A stretch of DNA of 64,000 nt from positions 576,001-640,000 of the forward strand of contig CAXXMV010000008.1 in the NCBI GenBank assembly GCA_963662285.2, written 5' to 3'. The notes under the pieces were generated by a model. The model made no database searches. It was given only the letters and a program-made list of their open reading frames with translations, and was not told where the DNA came from. The position numbers and the translations under genes were made by a program. Shown one piece after another: positions 42,643 to 52,074 of this stretch; the first letter of the stretch is position 1, and every line of letters begins with the position of its first letter. This DNA is from a bacterium. Lineage in GTDB: Bacteria > Hinthialibacterota > Hinthialibacteria > Hinthialibacterales > Hinthialibacteraceae.

Positions 42643-44180
42643 GTAACGATTTAGTTTTCTGAAAAAATAAATTACACCAAGCGTTACTTCGGAGGCGGTT
42701 TCGAAGTTAGTAGTAGTATGAACCGAAACCGAGAGACCGCTCAGAGAATCCTCCGGGAAATCCTGGAGGGCGTCCGGGCACTGAACGAAGAGGCGATCCG
42801 CGCCCTCGTCCAGGAGGACCCGGAAGCGGCGGTGTTTCTTATCCTCGAACAGGCTCTCCGCCTGAAGAAGTTTCTGGCGGCCCAAGAGGCCAAGAAAGCC
42901 AGCACCCCGTCCGGGATGGTTCCTCCCTACGAGAAACCCGCCAAAGATAAAAAGGGAAAAAAGGATAAGCGGGGGCGAAAACCCGGCCATCCGGGAAGCG
43001 GACGCAAGAAAAATCCCAATATCACGAAAACCGTCCAACATCCTCCGCTGGAACGATGCCCGGATTGCGGAGGTCCCGTCACTCCTTGCCAGAGCGAGAA
43101 AGCCAAACGAACCCGCGTGATCGAAGACATCCCGGCGAATATCGAACCGGAGGTCACCGCGCACGAAATTCCCCGCAGTTATTGCCCGCACTGCAAAAAA
43201 CTGGTGGAGCCCAAAGTCGAAGACGCGCTGCCCAACGCGCGACTGGGAAATCGAGCGTTGGCCCTGTCCGCCCATTGGCACTATGGACTGGGAATGCCCT
43301 CCCGGCAGATCGTCGACCTCCTGAGCGAACACCTGAACACCGTCGTCTCTCCGGGAGGATTGTTCGGCATGTGGAAGCGCCTGGCCGACTGGCTGCAACC
43401 ATGGTGCGAGCAATTGATCGATGAAATGCTGGAAAGCGCGGTCCTGCATGCGGACGAAACCGGTTGGCGCGTCAACGGGAAAACGCACTGGCTCTGGTGT
43501 TTCACCAACCAGGACGCCACGTTTTACATGATTCATCCCAGCCGGGGCGATCCGGCGCTGTTCGAATTTTTTCGGGAGACCTTCGAGGGCGTTCTGGTGA
43601 GCGATTTCTGGGCGTGTTACGCGCACGTCGACTCGACGCATCAGTATTGCCTGGCGCATTTGTTGCGCGAATTCAAGAAGGTGGATGGAGCCAACGCGTC
43701 GGCGGATTGGAAGGAATTTTCCAAGAAAGCGAAGCGGTTGTTCGGCGACGCGCTTCGATTGTACCATCGGGAAGGATACGATCCCCAGATGTTTCAATCG
43801 CGCATCGACCGGCTGCACGAACGATTGATTGATTTGATGCTGATTCAATCCGCAGACCGGGACGTCAAACGAATCGCCGCGCGCCTGGAAAAATACTGGG
43901 ACGAACTGTTGGTCTTTTTGAGCCATCCGGATGTTCCTCCCACCAACAATCACGGCGAACGGGAAATTCGCCCGGCGGTGATTATGCGCAAGACGATTCA
44001 GGGGAACCAAAGCGAAGCGGGCGCGAAAGCGCAGTCGATCCTGATGACGGTTTTTCGCACACTCAAACGCCGCGGCTACAATCCGGTGGACACCGTCGTG
44101 GACGCCCTGAAAACCGCTATCCGCACTGGGCAATTGCCCCCTTTACCTCCTCCACTGTCTTCAAACAACTAAATCGTTAC
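42643..44180 (+). mobile_element. IS66-family element (single-ORF, ISBst12-like), 1538 bp
   Basis: 14-bp perfect IR GTAACGATTTAGTT; 8-bp TSD AATGACAG at 42635-42642 and 44181-44188. Confidence 0.95.
42718..44172 (+). CDS. IS66 transposase
   Basis: STPSG; GRKPGHPG; CPDCG/CPHC; HADETGW; LVSD; Q.CLAHLLR; TNN.GEREIRP.V..RK. Confidence 0.95.
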   Translation: MNRNRETAQRILREILEGVRALNEEAIRALVQEDPEAAVFLILEQALRLKKFLAAQEAKKASTPSGMVPPYEKPAKDKKGKKDKRGRKPGHPGSGRKKNPNITKTVQHPPLERCPDCGGPVTPCQSEKAKRTRVIEDIPANIEPEVTAHEIPRSYCPHCKKLVEPKVEDALPNARLGNRALALSAHWHYGLGMPSRQIVDLLSEHLNTVVSPGGLFGMWKRLADWLQPWCEQLIDEMLESAVLHADETGWRVNGKTHWLWCFTNQDATFYMIHPSRGDPALFEFFRETFEGVLVSDFWACYAHVDSTHQYCLAHLLREFKKVDGANASADWKEFSKKAKRLFGDALRLYHREGYDPQMFQSRIDRLHERLIDLMLIQSADRDVKRIAARLEKYWDELLVFLSHPDVPPTNNHGEREIRPAVIMRKTIQGNQSEAGAKAQSILMTVFRTLKRRGYNPVDTVVDALKTAIRTGQLPPLPPPLSSNN

Positions 44181-44401
44181 AATGACAGTAATACTCGGTC
44201 CACCAAGCATCAGCAACATTACCCCAACCATTACCATAAAAATTCACAGTATTATTTTCTAAAACATTAGCACAACTATGTGATATACATTTTCCATCAC
44301 AACTTATTGTTGCCAAATACTGTGAATGGACTTGTAAAACAGGTGACATAGATAGAATACCTATAATCAGGGCATATATACAAAAACTTTTTTTTCTCGC
44401 T

Positions 44402-45187
44402 CTATGATTCATCATTTATTTCCTCCTTTACAATTGTTACTTTCTCAAGCTTAAAATCTACTACGTTTTCTATCTTCTTTGTATCTTTACCAAAACTTCT
44501 CACAAAATGCTCGAGTATATATGTTCTTCCGTGGGATTTACAAAAAACTGCTTCTCTAATAAATTTTTCATTTGAAGATATTACAAATATATTCAGTTTA
44601 TCTCCAATTTGGTTAATTGAGAATTTACTATTCACTTTTTTTCGTCCATTCTCAATTTGTGCTTGATGGAACATACATTGCGATTCCAGGAATACTTGTA
44701 AGAAAAAATCATCACAAATATTCAATCCAATTGGATTATAATCGCATTTCTTTTTTGTTGGTTCTTCATTTTCATTTTTGAAACTATGATTAATATATTC
44801 AGTTATATATTTACCATCGCATCTTATCTTTTTCTTCTTTGGGAAATCAGTCTTGTGAAATACAACAGCATTATTCACTGGCGGATAATAGTCATCCATT
44901 TGAAATGAAATTAACTTATCCCCTTCTACTACCACAAGTATTTTAAATGGAAACTTAATAGAGTCACCTGAATTGTATCTGTTATGTAAATGATTGAGGA
45001 ATGCGTCGTTCTTCACTCCTTTTAAATCCATATGTTGCTGTATACTCCTCTTCACACTATCACTATTCGGCATGGTTTTATATGTAACATTATACTCTAA
45101 AAGCATTTCGATAGCGCTTGATTCATTTAAGGAACACCAAAAGACTAATAAACCTGTTAGTATGGTAATTTTCAATAAATCAATCAT
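44402..45187 (-). CDS. Secreted hypothetical protein (beta-rich)
   Basis: Signal peptide; stop overlaps the start of the Cys-rich gene; AT-rich codons. Confidence 0.65.
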   Translation of the reverse strand: MIDLLKITILTGLLVFWCSLNESSAIEMLLEYNVTYKTMPNSDSVKRSIQQHMDLKGVKNDAFLNHLHNRYNSGDSIKFPFKILVVVEGDKLISFQMDDYYPPVNNAVVFHKTDFPKKKKIRCDGKYITEYINHSFKNENEEPTKKKCDYNPIGLNICDDFFLQVFLESQCMFHQAQIENGRKKVNSKFSINQIGDKLNIFVISSNEKFIREAVFCKSHGRTYILEHFVRSFGKDTKKIENVVDFKLEKVTIVKEEINDES

Positions 45188-45209
45188 TTTTGATCACCTT
45201 ATAATCCTT

Positions 45210-46235
45210 TCATGGTTTTACAATTGCGGTTATTGGAACTATTCGTTCTAAACCATTATTAAAAAACAATTTAACCTGACATGATCTAACACCCCCTTTC
45301 GTTTTATCAGATCTATATATCATTATAAAATCAATTATATTTTGATAATCATTTTCCTTTTCATTAGTCTTATTGCAAGACCACTCATTCTTATTCCCCA
45401 TAATTTCAACTTTAAGCAGTGATACGTTTGGATCGGATATTATACATTTAAACTCTCTTTGACTTTCAGATAACGGATCAACTAATCCCATAAAAATAGA
45501 AGATGGATCAAACATTATTTCATCTTTATATGAAAAAGTAATGGGTATAGTTATTTCCTTGTAAACATGATTATTATCACTAAATAAAAGATATATGAAA
45601 TCAAATTCAAAGTTCTTTTTTAAAGTATGTTCATGTAAATGATATATAAATGTATACTTTTCTATATGATCACTATTTTTTAGTATTTTATATGTAACTT
45701 TACCAATATCTGTACGCTTATTATTAACTGAGACCAACATGGGTAATGACTCAGTTGTTTTATGTTTTAATATACTAAATGTGTAACTAGCATCGAAAGA
45801 TTTTTTATTGCAATCAAAATCTAGTTTAAACGGTTCAAGTATAAACCAGGGTACAGATACTCCTTTTAAGGTTATATATATTTCTTTATCTTGATTTTCT
45901 GGAAGAAAGGTTATTTTATGAAAAAAAGGACCAAGTGACATTGTTTCTGCTGTGACAGATAATATCAGTTCTTCTTCAGGCCTCAAACTTTTTGGTATAT
46001 CAGAAGTAATACATCCACATGTTGATTTAACACTTTTAAATCGTACATATTCATTTGAAAGATTCTTTATTTTATAGTTTTTAATATATATGCATTTTTC
46101 ATATACATCCCCTAAATTTATTTCTTCAGGAGTTATTGAAATTTTACTTTTTTCTTGACATCCTATATTTTGTATATTTATAAGTATTAGAAATACTAAC
46201 AATATAAATTCACGCATATTAATTTTAATCTTCAT
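45210..46235 (-). CDS. DUF1573-like Ig-fold exported protein
   Basis: INLGDV...IKN......KSTCGC.....L.P.E motif; GAGG RBS before ATG 46235; possible lipobox IGC. Confidence 0.72.
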   Translation of the reverse strand: MKIKINMREFILLVFLILINIQNIGCQEKSKISITPEEINLGDVYEKCIYIKNYKIKNLSNEYVRFKSVKSTCGCITSDIPKSLRPEEELILSVTAETMSLGPFFHKITFLPENQDKEIYITLKGVSVPWFILEPFKLDFDCNKKSFDASYTFSILKHKTTESLPMLVSVNNKRTDIGKVTYKILKNSDHIEKYTFIYHLHEHTLKKNFEFDFIYLLFSDNNHVYKEITIPITFSYKDEIMFDPSSIFMGLVDPLSESQREFKCIISDPNVSLLKVEIMGNKNEWSCNKTNEKENDYQNIIDFIMIYRSDKTKGGVRSCQVKLFFNNGLERIVPITAIVKP

Positions 46236-47799
46236 TTGCGATAACCTCTTTTGGACAGAAAATATATGCACTTTCATCTTTATAACATAATTCATAATAA
46301 GCACTATTTATAAAATTGGATATCAAAAGGTAGGACAACGAATAATTAATACGACTTATATAAACAAAATCAATCTTTTTACCTTGAATCTGAATAGGGA
46401 CAAGTGTATGATCTCTACTACTTGCTAACTCATCCAATTTATTATAGACGCTCTCATTCTGTCGACGAAGAAAATCAGGCTCTAAACCATTTACATATTG
46501 TGCATAAGGTTGATTAAAATATAATGCTGGGAATGAAGAATATGGGAAATTTAGAATAAAATCACCATCATTACTATTCTTTGCAATCCATTCCAAAGAT
46601 TTTCTCTGTTCATTATCCCTGATTAAAAAATTGTTATTAACACTAGTTACTAACATATAAAAATTTATAATAAATATTAATATGCATATCATTTTAACAT
46701 TCAGAAACATCCTGTATAAATATTTATCTTTATTGATTTGCCTATTAATCACTATACTAGAAAACAAACAGAATGTTGGAATAAAATACTCAATCATACG
46801 AACATATCTAAGTATTGCGAGGAAGAAAAGAAGTGAACTGATAAATAAAAAAGTATCAGTATTATTAAATTTATTTTTTTTGTAATAAAAAATTTTTGCA
46901 ATTAATATGAAAAAAAAGAAGAAAATATATGGCAATAACCACAGACAAATATCGTATACACCCATATGATTCCATTCAACGTTAATTGACAATGTTGGAT
47001 TATACCAATTCAATCTCGACATGACATAATTCATCAAAAAAAATATATTATCAGGAAAGTAAGGTGTTAATATAAGCCCTAAAGCAAATCCAATTAGACA
47101 ATACAAAAAACATTTATTTGTATAAAATATAAATTTATTTTGAGAATTCAAGATAGCATAAAAACCGGAATTAATCAGAAATATTATGGATCCATAATAA
47201 AACAAAGTATATAAATACATAGTTATCAATATCATTTTATACTTGTAATTCAATAAGAAATATAGACATAAAAGATAAAATGTAATTGATAATGCATTTA
47301 CTCTCAATAGTGCCAAACGGTAAAGCATAACATTAGATAGAAGCATGCAACAAAAAGTCCAAAACAATGAGTGTTTCACACCTAATTTATTGGAAACAAG
47401 CCAATAAATTACTATAAATAAATATAGAAATGTAAATCTTCCTATCCGTGGTCCATATTCATCACCCACAACAGTTATAAAAGATAAAGTTTTATGAAAT
47501 AACCAATGATGATCAATGAAATCGTTTTGATAAATAGTTAATGGCAACGCCTCAAAAGAAAAACCCTTTTGGGAAGAGATAGAAGAGTAACGCCAATGAA
47601 AATACCCATCGTATCCAATAAATGATGGAATAATAGATACGAAAATAAATGAAAATGAGGCAAAATATATTAATCCATAAATAATTTGCTTATTAATTAT
47701 TATTCTGCTAATTAATGCATATATATTAAGTGGCGATAGAAATGAAGGAATTTCCAGTTTTGAATCACTTTCTATAATATTTACTTGATAGATAAGCAT
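46225..47799 (-). CDS. Polytopic membrane protein, GT-C glycosyltransferase-like
   Basis: GYDGYFH after TM1; DHHWLFH; NVEW; about 11-13 TMs; C-terminal soluble domain. Confidence 0.6.
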   Translation of the reverse strand: MLIYQVNIIESDSKLEIPSFLSPLNIYALISRIIINKQIIYGLIYFASFSFIFVSIIPSFIGYDGYFHWRYSSISSQKGFSFEALPLTIYQNDFIDHHWLFHKTLSFITVVGDEYGPRIGRFTFLYLFIVIYWLVSNKLGVKHSLFWTFCCMLLSNVMLYRLALLRVNALSITFYLLCLYFLLNYKYKMILITMYLYTLFYYGSIIFLINSGFYAILNSQNKFIFYTNKCFLYCLIGFALGLILTPYFPDNIFFLMNYVMSRLNWYNPTLSINVEWNHMGVYDICLWLLPYIFFFFFILIAKIFYYKKNKFNNTDTFLFISSLLFFLAILRYVRMIEYFIPTFCLFSSIVINRQINKDKYLYRMFLNVKMICILIFIINFYMLVTSVNNNFLIRDNEQRKSLEWIAKNSNDGDFILNFPYSSFPALYFNQPYAQYVNGLEPDFLRRQNESVYNKLDELASSRDHTLVPIQIQGKKIDFVYISRINYSLSYLLISNFINSAYYELCYKDESAYIFCPKEVIANED

Positions 47800-47926
47800 A
47801 TTGATATTTTATAACATATAGAAAAAATAGATATGATCTAAAAATAGTCATATTTATTATATCTTGATAAAATAGATATATCAACTAAAATCTCCCCGGA
47901 GTAAGCTATACTAGCTGATGCTTTTT

Positions 47927-48124
47927 TCAATCCTGCATAAGACAATATCCTTTATTAGAACACTTAATATCGAATCCGGCATTTCTTAACTTATTGATAT
48001 CCCTATGGATGCATTGTTTGGAAACACCAAAATAGAGGCCAAGTTTACCGCAGGTCCACTTATTAGGTTCTTTTTCGAGTAATTCAATAATTTTGAAATA
48101 TCGCTTAAGATTTGTATTTCCCAT
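47927..48124 (-). CDS. Stand-alone HTH_11-type winged-helix protein
   Basis: R..KIIELL....WT...L...FGVS.QCIHRDINKLRNAGFDI....GY; AAGGA RBS. Confidence 0.75.
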   Translation of the reverse strand: MGNTNLKRYFKIIELLEKEPNKWTCGKLGLYFGVSKQCIHRDINKLRNAGFDIKCSNKGYCLMQD

Positions 48125-48539
48125 AGATATGTATCATCCTTTTCGATATTTAGTAACCTAAGATGCATTAATATCAACAATAACTTGGTTGTATTCAGAA
48201 TACAAGTTATTTATTTTAATTGGCTACAAATATATAACCATAAAATATTTGATGGAATAAAAATAATAATACTAAAATATTATTAATTCATTTGCATTAA
48301 AAGAAACAGAGTGTCTGTATTCTTATGGCGTAATAATTCACAAGAGATAATCGCCCATGCGTCTTGCTTATGGGATACCAAGGCTAGACCATATATCTAT
48401 CAATCCTTGATGCTATAACCTTAGATTTTGATAATTACTCATGAACTGGCTTAGCATTGTTCTTGGCGCCCATCACTCATCAAAAAACAAAGCATATAAT
48501 AAGAACGGTTTAAAAGATAAAAAAAAGGAGAAATGCAAA

Positions 48540-50564
48540 GTGTTGGGAATATTTGAACCAATCCTGCGGGCGGCATCCGCAGATAAAATTAGAGAGCATG
48601 CTCAATCTATTTGGGTCAATAACAGATATTTTGATTTTACTCATTTCCTCAGAAGCGCCGATTATATTGAATCAGCGCTTAAAGATTTTGGTCTGGAGAC
48701 TGACCGGATCGAACTGCCCGCCGATGGAGAGACCAGGTACGGCGACGCTGTCATGCCTTTAGCCTGGGATTGCGAACAGGCTGAACTATCGATTATTGCG
48801 CCCAGACAGCAGGTTCTCTATAACCGCGACGAACAGCCTACCTGCATCGGCATGTGGTCTCCGGCTACCCAGTCTGATGGGATCGAAGCCGGGGTACTGT
48901 GTCTGTCAACCGGAGAACCAGGCGAACTGGAGAATAAAGACGCCAAAGGCATGTTCATCTATACTCCGGGACGACCTGACGTTATCCGGGAACTGGCCGT
49001 CAAACAGGAAGCGGCTGGCATAATCAGCAGTTGGAGTCCGGCGCCTAATGATAGTGAATCGCTGCAATGGATATTCAGGAATTCCAATATTCCCGGAGGG
49101 TGGGGACCGAAAAAAGATGAAACGCCATTATTACTGTTAGCTGTTTCAAAAAAAATCGGCGCAGATATAGAGCAACTGGCCTCTGAAGAATCTTTGCTGC
49201 TATGCGCTAAAGTGCAATCCCGGCTTTACAGCGGAAAACTGCCAATGATCAGCGGTTTGATCCCCGGCGACCCCGGTGAGGAAGAAATATTGATATATGC
49301 TCCAGCCTACGGTCAGGGAGCGCATTTCAACGCCGCCTCCAGCGCCGCAATGCTGGAATCAGCCCGCATACTATCAAGCCAGATTGAAGCAGGAACCATG
49401 CCGCGCCCGCTATTGGGCATACGTTTTCTATTTGCGCCCAAACTATATGGTTCGCTGGCCTTCGCGCGAGAGCGCAAGGATATTCTGAAGCGCACCCGGT
49501 ACGCCATCAATCTTGAATCAGGCGCTGGTAACCCTGATGCATCATGGAGCCGGTGGAGTTACCGCTTCGCGCCCATGTTCCAGCGTCATTACGCCGACGG
49601 ACTGGCGCAGCGTCTGTTCCAGCAGTATATCCATTTCATCCGTCCCCAGAGATTTATGGAAACCCGTGAACTGGCGTTAAACGCAGATGTATATTTCAAT
49701 GATCCCATCATCGGAGTGCCGACCCACTGGCTGTATGGAGGCACGGATGACGAATGCCGCCATAGCAGCGCTGATACCATTAATACTATTGACTCCCGAT
49801 CCTTGATCGATCTGGCCACCGCCCCGTTAGCAATGGCCTATACTATGGCCTCAATCGGCATCGGAGACATGCCTGACATTGCGCAATGGAACTTCAACCT
49901 GTCTCATGAACGCATAATCAAAGACCTGCAACAGTTTACGGATCGCGCCAAAGAGGCCCAAAATCTAAGCGATTTGAACGAATTGCTTGGTGAAGCGTCC
50001 AGACATTTCCCCTTACGCGCAGCAATGGAATCGAAAGGAATGTTGACCTTATCAGAAATGGGTGAAGGAGCAGAGGATCAGATTGATTGGGAAGCCATAA
50101 CCGAACTCTGCCAAGCGCTTAATGATGCCAGCGAAACCGCACAGAAAGTGCTGCGCACTCATGTCAACGTCCGTGCTGATGAATTGAATATTGCTCTACC
50201 TGAAATTGAAGTTGCGAAAGAGGTTGTTGAAGACGAACGCGTCCCCATAAGAACTGGAGACGCGCTCGGAACTATTACATTGGATTCATTGCCCTATGAA
50301 GAGTGGACTACTCCGGTAAAACAATCGCCGCGCAGCAACCTGCCCTACATCATGGCATGGTGGCTGGTGGACGGGACGCGGAATATCGGGCAGATTCAAC
50401 AACTTATTCAGTTTGAAACCACCCGCTACCGCGAATGCATCCCCGCTTGGTTCAATTTCCTGGAGAAGCACGGTTATGTAATAATCAAAAAAGACGAAGA
50501 AAACCGGGATGAATCCCAGATCAATGCCCAGGATCAACCAGAGGATGATTCAACACCCGAATAA
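48540..50564 (+). CDS. M28/DUF4910-like aminopeptidase homologue
   Basis: PADGETRYG..MPLAWD; PA-like region; GIRFLFAP; HSSADT; DGTRNI C-terminal wHTH; AAGGAG + GTG 48540. Confidence 0.72.
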   Translation: MLGIFEPILRAASADKIREHAQSIWVNNRYFDFTHFLRSADYIESALKDFGLETDRIELPADGETRYGDAVMPLAWDCEQAELSIIAPRQQVLYNRDEQPTCIGMWSPATQSDGIEAGVLCLSTGEPGELENKDAKGMFIYTPGRPDVIRELAVKQEAAGIISSWSPAPNDSESLQWIFRNSNIPGGWGPKKDETPLLLLAVSKKIGADIEQLASEESLLLCAKVQSRLYSGKLPMISGLIPGDPGEEEILIYAPAYGQGAHFNAASSAAMLESARILSSQIEAGTMPRPLLGIRFLFAPKLYGSLAFARERKDILKRTRYAINLESGAGNPDASWSRWSYRFAPMFQRHYADGLAQRLFQQYIHFIRPQRFMETRELALNADVYFNDPIIGVPTHWLYGGTDDECRHSSADTINTIDSRSLIDLATAPLAMAYTMASIGIGDMPDIAQWNFNLSHERIIKDLQQFTDRAKEAQNLSDLNELLGEASRHFPLRAAMESKGMLTLSEMGEGAEDQIDWEAITELCQALNDASETAQKVLRTHVNVRADELNIALPEIEVAKEVVEDERVPIRTGDALGTITLDSLPYEEWTTPVKQSPRSNLPYIMAWWLVDGTRNIGQIQQLIQFETTRYRECIPAWFNFLEKHGYVIIKKDEENRDESQINAQDQPEDDSTPE

Positions 50565-50574
50565 TTCACAAGGT

Positions 50575-51573
50575 CTAAACGGCTACGCTTTTTCCTTCCA
50601 AACGTTTCCAGGCGATGGCGGCTGCTCCGAGTATTCCGGAGTCGTCGCCCAACGCCGCTGGAACAATATCAACATTTTGATGGATAATGGGGAAACTATT
50701 GGCCTTGGCGTATTCTATAATAACCGGCATCAGTTCTTTATCCATCGCTTCGATCAATCCACCACCGATAATCACTTTTTCGGGGCTTAGAATATTCAAC
50801 AAACTGCCTATTGCAACGCCAGTCAGTTTAGCCGCGCGATTCAGTTCCTTGACGACAAGTTTATCATCAGCTTCGTAGGCTATTTTAAATATTTTACTGG
50901 TTAATTTTTCCCAGTTATCGCCGATCAACTCCGTAAGAATGGTGGTTTTACCTTTAGCTACAGCTTTTTGAAAATACTTAATCATGGCCGTTTTACTGGC
51001 GTATGCTTCCAGGCAGCCATGCATTCCACAGCCGCACTTGGCGCCGAATGCGCGCACTTTCAAATGCCCCAGTTCACCGGCATTGAAACTATGTCCATGC
51101 AATAGTTTGCCATCGACGATAACACCGCCGCCGATGCCGGTTCCCAAAAAGAGACCGACGATATGTTTACAGCCCTGTCCGGCGCCATATACGAACTCAC
51201 CGAATGTTCCCACATTGACATCATTATCCAGAAATGAAGGGACGCCAAGTTCGTTGCTGACAAAATCAGTAATACAGGCTCCGGTCAGATTAAGGTTGGG
51301 TGTTTCAATCACCATTCCCTTTTCAGGATCAAGAGGTCCCGGCGATCCGATGCCAATGCCCTTAATCTCATCAAAAGAGATATCCGCTTTTTCAACGGCT
51401 TCAATACAGACCGATGTCAAACGCCCCAGGATTTCTTCAGCAGGACGCTCCGCCTTGGTTTTCTTTTTAGCCCGGCTGAGGATTCCACCATCTTCATCAA
51501 TTACAGCCGCCAGTATTTTCGTCCCGCCCAGATCCACGCCTATGACGTATTTCTTGTCAATATTTTTCGACAT
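50575..51573 (-). CDS. ROK-family sugar kinase (glucokinase-like)
   Basis: GVDLGGTKI; GSPGP; DNDVN; GTGIGGG; GELGH; CGCG..GCLEAYAS. Confidence 0.92.
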   Translation of the reverse strand: MSKNIDKKYVIGVDLGGTKILAAVIDEDGGILSRAKKKTKAERPAEEILGRLTSVCIEAVEKADISFDEIKGIGIGSPGPLDPEKGMVIETPNLNLTGACITDFVSNELGVPSFLDNDVNVGTFGEFVYGAGQGCKHIVGLFLGTGIGGGVIVDGKLLHGHSFNAGELGHLKVRAFGAKCGCGMHGCLEAYASKTAMIKYFQKAVAKGKTTILTELIGDNWEKLTSKIFKIAYEADDKLVVKELNRAAKLTGVAIGSLLNILSPEKVIIGGGLIEAMDKELMPVIIEYAKANSFPIIHQNVDIVPAALGDDSGILGAAAIAWKRLEGKSVAV

Positions 51574-52074
51574 TCCTGTACCTCGCTCTATTTTTCAACG
51601 TTATACCACTATTAGAACTATTGCCTGCAAATCTATATTTATCGCACGAACAAAAACGGCTATATAGTAAGTAATGAGTTTTTGATTTTTAACTTCGGGG
51701 ACGGTTTTTATTACAACGGCTGGATAATTCAATTCTGCCACAAACAACTTAACGCCGGTCAGTTCCAACCAGCGCTTGGCAAGAGATATTTGCGTTGATT
51801 TCCCCAAACTATAGAGTCTTTCAACTGCAATCAACTTGCCCTTATGAGTCTTACGAGCACAAATCACGGGTTTATCCGTTCGATTTAAAGGCAATGAAAA
51901 CTACATCAAGTAATCTAACTACACGCGATTACAAAAAATAAAAGGATTATAGCGTTTTTCTTGAATCGAGCTTAATTATACCAACAAAACCTATATTTCC
52001 AATCGGGGCGTCATCTTATTTCAGTAATCCAGGATATCCAGTACATGATGCCGAACCAGTTATATTCAACTCAA

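Larger units (their letters stand above)
42342..44415 (-). pseudogene. IS66-interrupted gene for a 175-aa secreted Cys/Asp-rich protein
   Basis: AAGGAGG RBS; signal peptide; removing the IS plus one TSD joins WWTEYYCH-YCPAKVTCDDDDDCNIC...GSCPDN* in frame. Confidence 0.85.

Noticed and set aside
42610-44133. 507-aa minus-strand ORF
   Set aside because: Antisense shadow of the GC-rich IS66 transposase, with no recognisable motifs
50984-51894. 227-aa plus ORF and 97-aa minus ORF near the ROK gene
   Set aside because: The first is antisense to ROK; the second lacks an RBS and motifs
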